NCBI RefSeq assembly: GCF_001194135.2
Contig: NC_068995.1
Span: forward strand, 40,797,225 to 40,861,224
Length of the DNA stretch: 64,000 nt
Source: Octopus bimaculoides
Taxonomy: Eukaryota
Direction of reading: 5' to 3'
The position numbers were made by a program, and so were the translations under genes. Below the pieces are notes generated by a model that ran no database searches, was not told the origin of the DNA, and was given only the letters and a program-made list of their open reading frames with translations. Of the stretch, positions 1-13,231 are shown piece after piece (position 1 is the first letter of the stretch; the number at the start of each line of letters is the position of its first letter).

Positions 1-183
1 TATCGATAGCTAGATAGATAGATAGATAGATAGATAGATATAGATATAGATATAGATATAGATATATTATATATATATAATATATATATATACATATATA
101 TATATATACATATGTATATATATATATAGTACGTGTGTATGTGCATGTACACACGCGCGCACGCACGCACACGCACGCATACA

Positions 184-228
<45 letters not shown>
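1..228. repeat. Compound microsatellite (TAGA)n/(TA)n/(CA)n
   Basis: Direct reading; one of dozens of such tracts in the window, not all listed. Confidence 0.95.
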
Positions 229-230
<2 letters not shown>

Positions 231-500
231 TCTTAATAAATCTATAATTTAAAAAATCGGAAAATGTAAAGTGTTCAACGAATATATGAATAATTAATGA
301 ATTAATTAATAGCCGTTAGACATTAAAATTTTATCTTCGTATTTTTACTTGTGTTGTATCTATTTGCTTGTGTATATATAATTGGCTAAGTGTGATTGTG
401 CGTGTATATCTGCGTCACTCTTTTGTTTAAACATTAATGTTGTGTATGGCTGTGTCAGTGTGAATGTATGCATGTATGTATGTTAGTGAGTGTAATTATG

Positions 501-547
<47 letters not shown>

Positions 548-884
548 CGGTCACTGACCATGTAACATCTCAGCTCGTAAGTTACCCCATTATTTCGTTT
601 TTGTCTTGCTATTACATGTTTTATTATGAACTCCCTGAATAGAAATAAATGAGGAACCCCACCAGCTCTTTCTTCTTTGTGAAAGAACTATCATTTATTT
701 CGAAACATATATGTAGGAATTAAAGGAACTTTCATTGACATGCATTTTGCTCCATTTATTATTATCCATATATATATATATATATATACATGGGTCTATG
801 TTTGTGTGTGTGTTTGTGTGTAGTGGTGGTGTGTATAGAGCTTATTGGCAACGCCAAAAAAGCAAACTCTATTTAATGTCAAAA

Positions 885-1310
885 GGTTAATGCACTTTGA
901 CAATATTCTCTGAAGAATGGTCAATGTTGCAGATGAAATCAACCGCTAATTACTAAAGCCAGCATCGCTTTTGGTAGATTTCGTAAGACCCCGGGGTGAG
1001 AAAAGGTTTCACTCTTCAAACCAAATTAAAGATTTGCACAATTATTGTTCTACAAAGAGTGCTGTATGTCTGTGAAATGTGGACTGTTGACAGCAAGATC
1101 ACCAAGAAACTTAATAGATTGCAACAGAACTAGCTGCCCAAATTGTTGCTCATTCGTTGGCAAGATAAGGCCCTACATAGTAAAGCCCTCGATCGCAGAG
1201 TGTTACCCATTACTCACATTATCCTATATAGAACCTTGATACAATGGCCTAGTTACATTGCCAGAATGAATAACGAGCTAGCTTCCTACGACCAGTTTTT
1301 CCCTACGGTG
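885..1310 (+). mobile_element. Decayed RTE-clade LINE, C-terminal RT/thumb fragment
   Basis: Translation gives KASIAFGRF...TKLKICTIIVLQRVLYVCEMWTV...LLIRWQDK...QWPSYIARM. This matches the RTE/BovB pattern KASxAFGRL...TKxxxYxxxVLxxLLYGCExW...IxWQD...RWxGHVxRM; stops present. Confidence 0.8.
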
Positions 1311-1730
1311 AGGAGGAAGAAAACTTTTGATTTGTGGACTAGCATGTTTTCAAAGTCTCATGAACAATCTTCAGTTCGAGTCGCGAGGCATGGGCTCAAA
1401 CAGTTGACGGGGCTGACACTAGACCGTTGCAGAAGCATATCAGTGTTTTTAAGGAAACAGCTTGGTAGTCCTTCACTCAATCTTTCACCATTTCAGGAGA
1501 AAAGGAAACTGTAAAAGGTTTCACACGACCCCCCCCCTTACTGCATTAAAAGGTTGACTCCGACAGAGAAAGAGGGGGAAAGAAAGAAAAGTGAAGCAGT
1601 TATCGATTGAATTTGCAGTCTGAGAGCTGGAACAATATTGTACGGTAATGCAACGCTCTAACGCCTTCTTACCACACAGCCACTAATGTGGGTATTTTAT
1701 GTATAATTCTACATAAATAAAAAAATAAAT

Positions 1731-1978
1731 GCGCCCTTTTAAAGCCTAGCCAGGCTCATGGGCCCGGTTTCGCGGTTTCAATGGCGTACGTGTTCCTCAG
1801 CTGGACGGGACGCCAGTCCATCGCAGCGTTACTCATTTTTGCCAGCTGAGCGGACTGGAGCAACGTGAAATGAAATGCTTTGCTCAAGAAGACAACGCGT
1901 CGCCCAGTCCAGGAATCGAAATCACAATCTTACGATCATTAAGCTGACACCCTAAACCACTAGGCCACGCGCCTCCAC
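1731..1978 (-). mobile_element. tRNA-derived SINE (family D), with central segment resembling V/Meta-domain SINEs
   Basis: Minus strand starts GTGGAGGCGCGTGGCCTAGTGG (A box) ... TTCGATTCC (B box) and contains GCGATGGACTGGCGTCCCGTCCAG. Confidence 0.8.
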
Positions 1979-3206
1979 ATAATTCTACATAAGGACATTC
2001 AAATATTGAAAGGAAATGTGCTGATTGTGAATAAGTTAAGAATAAACTTGCTTTTTATAAGGATTAGGTAGACAGAGATATCGGATGGACTTTCGTCGAT
2101 GGTCGACTTCGTCAGGCTGAAGAAGTCACCCTTTCCTCATATACGTAGTATTGGTAACGTTTCCATCCGTGGAAACGTTATCGATAGTATTTCTCTGTAG
2201 AAAATATCGACTATATTTCTCTGTAGAAAATATATACTCAACTGAACATGTTTTACTAAAATTCTAAAGATGGCTTTATTGTGTTATATACTCAGAGAAA
2301 GGAGATATATATCTTATCTACTTGTCGATAAAGTAATGTCTTTGACAAGACTGATTGGCAAGAATATTAATGTTTCATATAAAAGGCTTCCACATTCGAC
2401 GTCAAGAATATACGGAAGATGGTGAAATGTCATTGGATATGGCAAGGAACCACGAAGTTGTGAGACCATAAAAGTGAGTCTGAACTTGTTTCAAGATATA
2501 ACTTTAATTGATGCCACCGTTTAGTCGGTCGCAGCAATGGCGCTGCTGCAACTTCTACTACTACTGTATTAACGACTAAATATGTCTGTTAACATAATCT
2601 GGCGCTGAACGATGATTGGTTGTCAGAAGTGGCTGAGTTAGCGCCGCTGCTGCTTCTGTTGTTGCTGTGAGTGCTGGTAGTAAGTAGGGATATCCACGGA
2701 TTTACTGGACGGATGTAAATCAAATTCGTGGAAGCGAGTTCACATCTCTGACACGTCAGTTTGTTGATATTCTTTTTTTATTATGAAAGATCTGCTCCAT
2801 GTAATATTTCTTTTCTTTTAAGGGAATATATGCGTTTTGAAAAAAGCATATGGCAGCTATTGACTGCTATTTCAAACAGAGGGAGCGAACGTAGAGACGT
2901 TCTTGTTGGCTTGATCTTATCGCTGTTCTACCAACGTAAAGTGTAATATTGCTTTTTAATGTTCCGCTCATTCACGTGTAAACATATCTCCGTTTTCTAC
3001 CGCTTCTCTTTAAGAGAAAAGAAACTTGACATTTAGTAAAGATTAATCAAGATGTTATTCAACATTGGTTTACTAAATGGGTCATCAGTAAACATCATTC
3101 TAACTACTTCCTTGATTTATATGTCTCTGTTATAGTTTTTCTTCAGTTAAGATTATTTCGCTTTATAACAATGTTATTACTCTCTTTCTTTTCTTCTCTC
3201 TCTTTA

Positions 3207-3714
3207 CGAGGGGATGCTGAAAAGTTCCTGACTTTTTTTTTTCTTTTTAGTTTCAGCTCATAGCTGCGGCCATGCTGATGCACCGCCGTTAAAAATTCAA
3301 TCTCGGCGGGATTTGAACTCCGAAGGTAGTGACGGGTGGAACACCACTCTAAGCGTGCTAACGATTCTGCCAGCTCGCTGCCTCTTTAAAAGAATACAAG
3401 CCTCAATGGGTTTTCATCAGAGGCATCCACATCAATCTAACAGTCTCCAAGATGAAAAATAGGTAATGGATGTATGTGACAAATTTTCGGGGTTTTTTGC
3501 CCCTCCATCAGCACCCATCTAACCCAGGATGTCGCGAAAGGCTTGGTTGGAGGCCTAACCTTCCGAGTCCTTTTACTGTGCTTAGAAAAACTGAAGGACC
3601 GCTACAATAAGTGTGTGTGAATCTGAGAGGGGAACATGCTGAATAAAATCATAATTAACTAATCCCACTGTATTTTCTTTTAACCAAACTCAGGAACTTT
3701 TCAACACCCCATTG
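3207..3714 (+). mobile_element. Non-autonomous mariner-derived element
   Basis: 26-bp TIRs (21/26 match) with TA on both sides (3205-3206, 3715-3716). Internal remnant EKLKDRYNKCV..LRGE resembles a mariner transposase C-terminus. Confidence 0.85.
3243..3383 (-). mobile_element. Chimeric SINE fragment inside the mariner element
   Basis: 3' piece of family B (GCTGCGGCCATGCTG..CACCGCC) joined to the head of family A (GTGCTAACGATTCTGCCAGCTCGC). Confidence 0.65.
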
Positions 3715-4069
3715 TATGTCCGGGCATTCCCTGTTTGGAGACTAAGACGTTCTGATGTTCCGCTGTTCTAACTTTCCTTTCTGCAACCATAACCATGCCT
3801 CACTACTATTATTTGCTACAACTATCTTTGGGGATCTACCATGCAACGGCTTCTCCTGCCAGTCAGATAATTTCTGCTCTTTTTCTGGTTTTTAACTTCG
3901 GTTGGGTTTATGGTTTCCTGATGACTTGCTGTGACTCTAGCAGCTTTTAATATACTTTCTTCACTATTAGCTACATAAGAGTATATATATCTACTCTAGC
4001 TAATTCCACGCAGTCTTCTACTGATATTAGCCCTCGTCCGCCTTCCTTTCTAGGTAGGTATAATCTTGC

Positions 4070-4150
<81 letters not shown>

Positions 4151-4153
<3 letters not shown>

Positions 4154-4375
4154 GGCGACGAGCAGGCAGAATTGTGAGCATGCCGTGCGAAATGCTTAGC
4201 GGTATTTCGTTTGTCGTTACGTTCTGAGTTCAAATTTGGCCGAATTCGATTTTGTCTTTCATCCTTTCGAGGTTGATGAAATGAGTACCAGTGAAACACT
4301 GGGGTCGATATAATCGACTATTCCCCGCTCCGTCAAAATTTCAGACCTTGTGCCTATTGTAGAAAGGATTATTAT
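4151..4375 (+). mobile_element. CORE-type tRNA SINE (family A), inserted next to (ATT)n
   Basis: Head TAAGGCGACGAGCAGGCAGAATTG, CORE-like TTTCATCCTTTCGAGGTTGATGAAATGAGTACC, tail GTAGAAAGGATTATT. Confidence 0.9.
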
Positions 4376-4390
4376 TGTTGTTGCTAGCGA

Positions 4391-4612
4391 GTCGGCGAGT
4401 TGGCAGAATCATTAGCATGCCGGGCAAAAAGCTTAGAGGCATTTCATCCGTCTTCATGTTCCGAGTTCGAATCCTGCTGAGGTCGACTCTGCTTTTTACA
4501 CGTTCGGGGTCTGTAAATTATGTACCAGTGAAACACTGTGGTCGCTGCAATCGACTAGTCCTTTCCCAAAAAATTTTAAGGCCTTGTTTCTTCAGTAGAA
4601 AGGATTATTATC
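4391..4612 (+). mobile_element. CORE-type SINE (family A), tandem second copy
   Basis: Same head, CORE and tail as the preceding copy, followed by (TTA)n. Confidence 0.85.
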
Positions 4613-5680
4613 ATTATTATTATCGTTATTATTATTATTATTATTATTATATTGAAGACATATATATGGACGCGTGTACGCCTTGCATATGTGCGTGTAT
4701 ATGTGTTGTGTCTATATTGCTGTGTCTGTGTACGTGATTCATAAAGTGCCTCAGAGTATGTGTAGAAGCATGCATACACTCTCAACCCACCTTCCTCTCA
4801 AACACTTACCTGTTCAAATTTCTGTCGCTTACATGCAACACCTATCAGGCTGAAAGGCGCATTATAATAGAGACGAGATTTTCAAGCTGAGGCTTACCTC
4901 ACTTGACTAAAAATACCATTTATGTATATTTATGACATATCCAGTGTCTTATACTTTTGATGTCTATCTTGGATTACCGCCTCCGCCGCTGCCTCACGCA
5001 TCGTCATACCCCTATCGGATTAGTCTTTAACCTAAAAACCCCCCCCAAAAAAAAACAGGAGGGAGACAAGGGCTTTTTCTTTGTCGTCGAAATTTTTTAC
5101 GAGGTTAACTTGTCATCCCTATGTAGATATGGACGTTATAAATAAGGATAGACGTCCGCAAGAATTGGTCGGTCCCTAGAGATGGTTTGTACCGGCAGGA
5201 ATTGAATACAGAGAAACAGAAATATTATATTTCCTAAAACAAAAACATATAAGTATGCGTGTGTGTGTATGTGTGTGTGTGTTTGTATGCGCGTGCGTGC
5301 GTGGTGCGGTCTGGTTCCGGGTGTGTTCATGTGTGTGTATGGTGGTGGTGGGGGGAATGAATTAAGAGGCTAAATGTTTAGTGGGGCGTGGTAAGGATCT
5401 TCGTCACTCTGAAAACTGATTTATAGTCTCTCACGGTTTATGAGGTCAACCTACTCAATGATAGTGCAGTGTATATAATATAATATAAAGTAACCCGCAA
5501 TATTGATCTATAATATAATACAAATCTCGGTCTTTTTTTTATACTTATGATATACACTCCTCTTTTCTCTATGCTATAGTGTAGAGCTGTATTTTGTATA
5601 TAATGCTTCCAGTCGATCTTTGGCGCTTAATCTAAGTATTTGCAAATAATATGTAAGGTTTGAGTACGTACACACACACA

Positions 5681-5755
<75 letters not shown>

Positions 5756-6429
5756 AATAGAAGTTGGCCGACCGTTGTATTCTTTCTTGTCTTGAGGTTC
5801 ACAGCCAAATGGCTGGGCGGATTCGCGTGAAAAACGGCACACATGTGGAGACGAGTGCATAGATTGGAACACGCTTTCTATTTTTTTCGTAGCCCCCCAT
5901 ACTTACAGAGAAAATCGATTAAAACCTATATAAGAAATTTTAATGATTATTACCATGAGTGGGCCCGCCTATGATACTCTGTTTTGCTGTTGCTTTCGTT
6001 GAGTATTTATTCATTGGTTAAAGTACAATTTTATTTTTTTATATAAAGAAAGACAGGGCTGTCCCCGATAGATGCTTAACCAACCTCTCTACGCTTTCCC
6101 CTCAGAATAGAAAGCTACTTTACAGCCCCATCCTCCTTTCTGACATTGTATACACATGTATTTTTTTCCGTCTAGCACAACATCCTGAAAACTGTCTTAA
6201 GGACAAATGAAACTGAGCCAAAGAAATATGAAAACCAGTAAACGGAAGAAGCCAGTTCGCACTACTGGGAAATTTGGATATGTATGTGTTGTAATTTATA
6301 TGTACAAAATATATTCCAGGTGGATAGTATGTTTCTAGGACTAGTATAATTTGTAATACTTAGAATAATTAGAATATTTAGAAAAGTTTCGGTTAGAAGT
6401 GACCCAAGCCAAGGCTAACTTAATGGCAC

Positions 6430-7130
6430 CAAATAGAAAAGATATTTAATGATGTTTCACATTGCAGTCCTTCTTTGCACACCATAGCCCCGTGGAGTAG
6501 AGAGTTATTGTTTGCAGAGATATACTTAGGTGTAGGTGGTTTATCTGGAATTTGTTGGAGATGTTCGTCCAGGAACCGTCTGAATGTTCTGAGATCTTTT
6601 TCTTCTCAATGGCCCAGTGGCTAGGGCAGCAGACTCGTGGTCATAGGTTTCGATTCCCAGACCGGGCGTTGTGAGTGTTTATTGAGCGAAAACACCTAAA
6701 GCTCCACGAGACTCCGGCAGGGGATGATGGTGAACCCTGCTGTACTCTTCCACCACAACTTTCTCTCAATTTTACTTCCTGTTTCTGTTGTGCCTGTAAT
6801 TGAAAGGACCAGCCTTGTTACACTGTGTCACGCTGAATATCCCCGAGAACTACGTTAAGGGTACACGTGTCTGTGGAGTGCTCAGTCACTTGACGTTAAT
6901 TTCACGAGCAGGCTGTTCCGTTGATCGGATCAAACTGGAACCCTCGACGTCGTAAGCGACGGAGTGCCAACAACAACAACAACAACAACAACAATCTTGG
7001 CAGGATATTAAAGACAGCAGGGTCAGTTGAGATGAAATGGATTTGTCTTAGTGCTAAGATGTGACGCGAACATGATTTTTGTAGGGGATGGAACGTACAG
7101 GATCAAGTCATGGGTGAATTTTAAAAGCGA
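6430..7130 (-). mobile_element. CR1/L2-like LINE 3' end, interrupted by a SINE
   Basis: Minus translation FKIHP*LDP...PAVFNILP [SINE] EEKDLRTFRRFLDEHLQQIPDKPPTPKYISANNNSL resembles the CR1 ORF2 C-terminal motif FN.LP...FKxxLDxxL..IPD.P...NSL. Confidence 0.65.
6606..6993 (+). mobile_element. tRNA-derived SINE (family C) with (CAA)n tail
   Basis: AATGGCCCAGTGG...TTCGATTCCCAGACCGGG...GTAAGCGACGGAGTGCC(AAC)n; near-identical to copies at 16596, 39861 and 60421. Confidence 0.92.
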
Positions 7131-7357
7131 TGTAAGGTGAATATAGATAGAAACACTAATTTACTAATCTTTCGATTTAGGTCAACATTTTTCACTTTTG
7201 TCATTCAATATTTATTTAGCATTATCCTGTTTGGTAGCAGGTGATGTATTCTTAAATATCTTTTCTGAAGTTCAGCCTCCAGCCAACCTGTTTGTTTTAT
7301 CTAACTGATATATATATTTTTACACACACACACACACAGACACACACACACACACAC

Positions 7358-7409
<52 letters not shown>

Positions 7410-8914
7410 NNNNNNNNNNNNNNNNNNNNNNNNNNNNNNNNNNNNNNNNNNNNNNNNNNNNNNNNNNNNNNNNNNNNNNNNNNNNNNNNNNNNNNNNNNN
7501 NNNNNNNNNNNNNNNNNNNNNNNNNNNNNNNNNNNNNNNNNNNNNNNNNNNNNNNNNNNNNNNNNNNNNNNNNNNNNNNNNNNNNNNNNNNNNNNNNNNN
7601 NNNNNNNNNNNNNNNNNNNNNNNNNNNNNNNNNNNNNNNNNNNNNNNNNNNNNNNNNNNNNNNNNNNNNNNNNNNNNNNNNNNNNNNNNNNNNNNNNNNN
7701 NNNNNNNNNNNNNNNNNNNNNNNNNNNNNNNNNNNNNNNNNNNNNNNNNNNNNNNNNNNNNNNNNNNNNNNNNNNNNNNNNNNNNNNNNNNNNNNNNNNN
7801 NNNNNNNNNNNNNNNNNNNNNNNNNNNNNNNNNNNNNNNNNNNNNNNNNNNNNNNNNNNNNNNNNNNNNNNNNNNNNNNNNNNNNNNNNNNNNNNNNNNN
7901 NNNNNNNNNNNNNNNNNNNNNNNNNNNNNNNNNNNNNNNNNNNNNNNNNNNNNNNNNNNNNNNNNNNNNNNNNNNNNNNNNNNNNNNNNNNNNNNNNNNN
8001 NNNNNNNNNNNNNNNNNNNNNNNNNNNNNNNNNNNNNNNNNNNNNNNNNNNNNNNNNNNNNNNNNNNNNNNNNNNNNNNNNNNNNNNNNNNNNNNNNNNN
8101 NNNNNNNNNNNNNNNNNNNNNNNNNNNNNNNNNNNNNNNNNNNNNNNNNNNNNNNNNNNNNNNNNNNNNNNNNNNNNNNNNNNNNNNNNNNNNNNNNNNN
8201 NNNNNNNNNNNNNNNNNNNNNNNNNNNNNNNNNNTTATATTGACAGGTAACCATTTGAACATGCGCCATCTTAAAAGCATAAAAAATAACAATTTTTTAT
8301 GAAGTTTTCCCATAATATTTATCTTTTTTTTATAAGGTAAATATGAATATTTATTTTTGGGATTTATATAGTTTGTTTCTTAAAATGTTTTATAATCACC
8401 TTAAATGGTAAATAAATGAATTAACAAAAGAAAAAGGGGCGGGGGAAATGAAAATATTTTGGTAAACGCTATGCTTTCGTTTCAAAACACGATAAAAACA
8501 AAATAAGAATCGGAAAGCAAAGATTAGAAAAAAAAAAAAAAAAAAATTCCTATTCTACATGACGACTATTGAATAGGAAATAAAGAGACATTCATAAACG
8601 CATTTGATCTATATTTTGCTGTCGCGCGTTTGTCTTTTCTTTTCTTTTTTGTTTTTTTGTTTGTTTGTTTTTGGCTTTTCCTGTCAAAATCTTTGATCGT
8701 GATCACTGCCATAAATTGAACTTACATCATAACGACGTCACAGTGTTCTACATGCATGTATGTATGTATGACTGAATGAATGTATGCATCTATGTATGTG
8801 TATATATATGTATATATATATATGTATATATATGTATGTATGACTGTATGTATGTATATATGTACATACATACATACATACATACAAGCATGTATGCGTA
8901 CTTGTGTACATGTG

Positions 8915-8955
<41 letters not shown>

Positions 8956-9955
8956 TACTTTTAGGATGAAAATTTGTAAACTCGATCGCTTTATGTTTAT
9001 TTTCCTTCGTCAATTTTCGCATAAAAACCTCAGTTTTATGGTGTTTTCCTAAAAGAAAATAACATTCTGCCCACTCACCACGCTACAGATCATGTGATTT
9101 CGTGACGTCATGTTTCAAAGCACATTGACTTTCATTAAGTCCCGCTCCCCTCTCCCCTCTCCTTCACACATGATTTTGAATATTAATCGTTGCCTTCCAC
9201 CGACTCCCTAAAAATTAAACTATTATGTGACCACAACAATAGGCGTAATTGTGACCTCCTCCTCCGCTTACACAAAATAATCGATCTATCAATATTGATT
9301 ATTTTTTAAACATGGTCACAAGGCTTCGAATTTTAGGAGAGGTAGCACTCGACTATATTAACCCCTTTGAGAACTTGAGCGGGCGTCGGCTGCTTTATAT
9401 ACAATCGAAGTGGAGGGGGCGAGCTTAGTGAAGCTAATGAAACAGAAATATACCTTAAGTTGACAGCTGTTGAGAGATANNNNNNNNNNNNNNNNNNNNN
9501 NNNNNNNNNNNNNNNNNNNNNNNNNNNNNNNNNNNNNNNNNNNNNNNNNNNNNNNNNNNNNNNNNNNNNNNNNNNNNNNNNNNNNNNNNNNNNNNNNNNN
9601 NNNNNNNNNNNNNNNNNNNNNNNNNNNNNNNNNNNNNNNNNNNNNNNNNNNNNNNNNNNNNNNNNNNNNNNNNNNNNNNNNNNNNNNNNNNNNNNNNNNN
9701 NNNNNNNNNNNNNNNNNNNNNNNNNNNNNNNNNNNNNNNNNNNNNNNNNNNNNNNNNNNNNNNNNNNNNNNNNNNNNNNNNNNNNNNNNNNNNNNNNNNN
9801 NNNNNNNNNNNNNNNNNNNNNNNNNNNNNNNNNNNNNNNNNNNNNNNNNNNNNNNNNNNNNNNNNCACCACCCCCAAAATTGCTGGCTTTGTGCCAAAAT
9901 TAATAATAATAATAAAAATAATAATAATAATAATAACAACAACAACAACAACAAC

Positions 9956-9997
<42 letters not shown>

Positions 9998-10179
9998 GCA
10001 GTTTTTCTTTGTCCAGTGGCAGCAGCGAAAAAGGTTATCAAGGGGACATGAGACATCGAGTTTTTCACTTGAAAAGAAAATTGAGAGTGGAGAGGCAAGT
10101 GCTGTCCTCGAGCGAATCTACTGAGAGGTAAGTGAAAGATACGAAAATGGCAAGAGTGGGTGGTACCGCTTTAAGTAAA

Positions 10180-10560
10180 GACTAATTGAGTCGGAGAGCA
10201 GAAACTGGAGAAGGTACTTGCCCTTGGTGTAAGCCCTTATGTTGATGGCAGCTACAAAGTTCCTTGAGTTGAGATTTTACTCCAAGAGAAGTTTGAGGGG
10301 CTTCAAATATGCACTGATGACCTTGTCTTTCATTTCTCTGTGCAAGACATTGTCCAGCTCCAGGATCCCAAGGCACTTGTTCCCATCATCATCTGGGTCT
10401 TCCATTTGCCCTCCCTGTGGCAATTCTATGCCCCTACATCTGCTCTTTCTCCGCGTTTTAAAGTGAGCATCGTACACTTTGAGATACTGAATTCCATCTA
10501 CACACTCTCAACCAGCCTCTCTATTTCAGGCTATATTATTGCTATCGAGTGAGAGAGCAG
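10180..10560 (-). mobile_element. R4/Dong-clade non-LTR retrotransposon RT fragment (decayed)
   Basis: Minus translation MEFSISKCTMLTLKR...GIELPQG...KCLGILELDNVLHREMKDKVISAYLKPLKLLLE*NLNSRNFVAAIN. This fits the R4/Dong pattern M.F...KC...YKYLG...Y..R...L...LN..N...AIN. Confidence 0.75.
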
Positions 10561-10836
10561 CGTACGCCATTACAATGACACAGGGGTACAAATAAACGAA
10601 GCCTAATTTACCCACCATGACTACCTGACTGATAAGGGTACACAAGGTACATGCGTCACAAACGTATGGGCGCGACATGGCGATCTCATATCAAGATAAA
10701 CAGCGCATGACCGTGCAAGTGGGATGCAGTATAAAATTTTCTTCAGGTAGAGTAGCCCATCCCGCTCAAAAAGTCTATTATTATTGTCCATAATATTTTT
10801 TCTTAATGTAAACCTTCGTGGTTAATAAACAAATCC

Positions 10837-10945
<109 letters not shown>

Positions 10946-10956
10946 CAAAAGGAATA

Positions 10957-11425
10957 CTCTTTAATCTTTTACTCTTTTACTATTTTACTTGTTTCAGTCA
11001 TTTGACTGCGGCCATGCCGGAGCACCGCCTTTAGTCGAATCAAATCGACCCCAGGACTTATTCTTTGTAAGCCTAGTACTTATTCTATCGATCTCTTTTG
11101 CCGAACCGCTAAGTTACGGGGACATAACTACACCTGCATCGGTTGTCAAGCAATGGTAGAGGGACAAACACAGACACGCAAACACACATACATATATACG
11201 ACAGGCTTCTTTCAATTTCCGTCTACCAAATCCACTCACAAGACTTTGGTCGGCTCGAGGCTATAGTAGAAGACACTTGCCNNNNNNNNNNAAATCCACT
11301 CACAAGACTTTGGTCGGCTCGAGGCTATAGTAGAAGACACTTGCCCAAGGTGCCACGCAGTGGGACTGAACCCGGAACCATGTGGCTGGTAAGCAAGCTA
11401 CTTACCACACAGCCACTCCTGCGCC
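10957..11425 (-). mobile_element. tRNA-derived SINE (family B) with internal microsatellite
   Basis: Minus strand GGCGCAGGAGTGGCTGTGTGG...(GAGTAAAA)n tail; contains a 10-N gap with duplicated flanks. Confidence 0.92.
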
Positions 11426-11504
11426 TGGATAACATTTGGTCATAACATTTGTTATTTCCGGCTCAATAAGTAAAACATCTCTGTGTGGAAGAGTGTGGGA
11501 GGAG

Positions 11505-11716
11505 GGAGAGTGTGTGAGAGGGAGAGTGTGTGAGAGGGAGAGTGTGTGAGAGGGAGAGTGTGTGAGAGGGAGAGTGTGTGAGAGGGAGAGTGTGTGAGAG
11601 GGAGANNNNNNNNNNGGGAGAGTGTGTGAGAGGGAGAGTGTGTGAGAGGGAGAGTGTGTGAGAGGGAGAGTGTGTGAGAGGGAGAGTGTGTGAGAGGGAG
11701 AGTGTGTGAGAGGGAG
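11505..11716. repeat. 16-bp minisatellite (GAGAGGGAGAGTGTGT)n
   Basis: About 12 direct copies interrupted by a 10-N gap. Confidence 0.95.
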
Positions 11717-12126
11717 AGAGATACTGTGTGTGTGTGAGGTTGTAGAGACTGTTATATCTTGGGATTGACGGTAACTGTTACTGCTGATAACAGAGGAAAA
11801 CTGAGAGAAGAGACTGGATATGACGGGTTGGGCTGTTGATGAAAATGTCCATCAACACTTCTTAAGTGACTTAGCTTTACTATAAGTCCAAACTCTATTA
11901 CTTTTCCTGTTACTCACAGAAGTTTTGTTATTTCTTGTCATCCATCGCTTTTCCTCTCAGCGTCTTACACACGCATTCACAGCACACGCTTAGTTAAATC
12001 TCGTTCCCTCCCTCACTCCCTCTCTTACTCTCTGTCCTCCTTTCTCTCTCTCCCACTCTCTCCTATCTATCTATCTATTTATTTCTCTATCTTTCTATTT
12101 CTCTATAGATGCATATTTATACATAC

Positions 12127-12164
<38 letters not shown>

Positions 12165-12239
12165 TTGTGTGTGTGTATGTGTGTGTGCGTGCGTCTGTGT
12201 ATGAGAGAGTGCGTGTGTATACATGTATACATGCATTCC

Positions 12240-12282
<43 letters not shown>

Positions 12283-12320
12283 CGTGTGTGTATATATATA
12301 TATATACACACACACTGAAT

Positions 12321-12387
<67 letters not shown>

Positions 12388-12837
12388 CAATAAGATAAAC
12401 TTACTTGGAAATGGATGCGTGGCGTTCGATCATATAATAATATAAATAAAATATATATATAGGCTTATATACATATATATATGTACATACTGACATTTAT
12501 ATATGTATGTATATATACGTGTATATGGATACAGGACGTCACAAGATATAAACAACATGAAATACGAAAACATGCAATCCGAAATACGAAAAACAACATA
12601 AAATACGAAGACAAACTCTTTTGGGCGAACAACGAGGGAAACAAATGGAATACAAGACAAGTAACACAAAGAACGACCATTCATCAGTTGTCGGCTGTTT
12701 TTTCTACTCCACATTTCGAGCAATTCACGACAATATGTGCCTTCGAGAACACAGTCGCTCCCGCAAACCTAAATAAAATTCGGGATTTTGCGGAGTGTCA
12801 AAGTTGGTAACAAAATCTGGACAGTGGACCAAATAGT

Positions 12838-13165
12838 GAGGGCTGCTAAGCCAGACGGGGTAAGGTGGCGAACGCTGAGGAACATTCTTTGACAAGAGTT
12901 CTCTCCTTCACCGTTTTCTATCTGTGATTCTCTCTCTGTCTCTCTCTGTCTCTCTCTCTCTCTTTCCCTCTTCCTCCCTTATTCTCTTATTGCTCACACG
13001 TAACCATCGTCCATCCTTTTTTTTCCACACACGTTCATCTTTCTTTTCTTCCGGTCTGTTTCACAGACTAGACGTATTCTTGTCTGTCTCCTCTCCTATC
13101 TTTTCTCCTGTCAAAGAATGTTTCTCAACGTTCGCCAACTTACACCGTCTGGTTTAGCAGCCCTG
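12838..13165. mobile_element. Putative MITE with 61-bp terminal inverted repeats
   Basis: 12838-12898 versus reverse complement of 13105-13165: 54/61 match; CAGGG-type end on the right; no TSD found. Confidence 0.65.
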
Positions 13166-13231
13166 TACCCATATATGCATATATATATACATATATGTCA
13201 GTATGTACATATATGTATGTATATATGCCTC

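Noticed and set aside
1143-1514. 123-aa plus-strand ORF
   Set aside because: The first half is RTE LINE remnant; the rest has no recognisable motif or splice support.
9103-9110. Perfect CRE palindrome TGACGTCA with nearby E-box
   Set aside because: One 8-mer is expected by chance in 64 kb; no other promoter evidence.
11229-11341. ~50-bp duplication inside a SINE across a 10-N gap
   Set aside because: Same contig-overlap artefact.
12680-12750. Minus-strand CGAAATGT and CTGATGA motifs
   Set aside because: Wrong order or broken core for a single hammerhead; no supporting stems verified.
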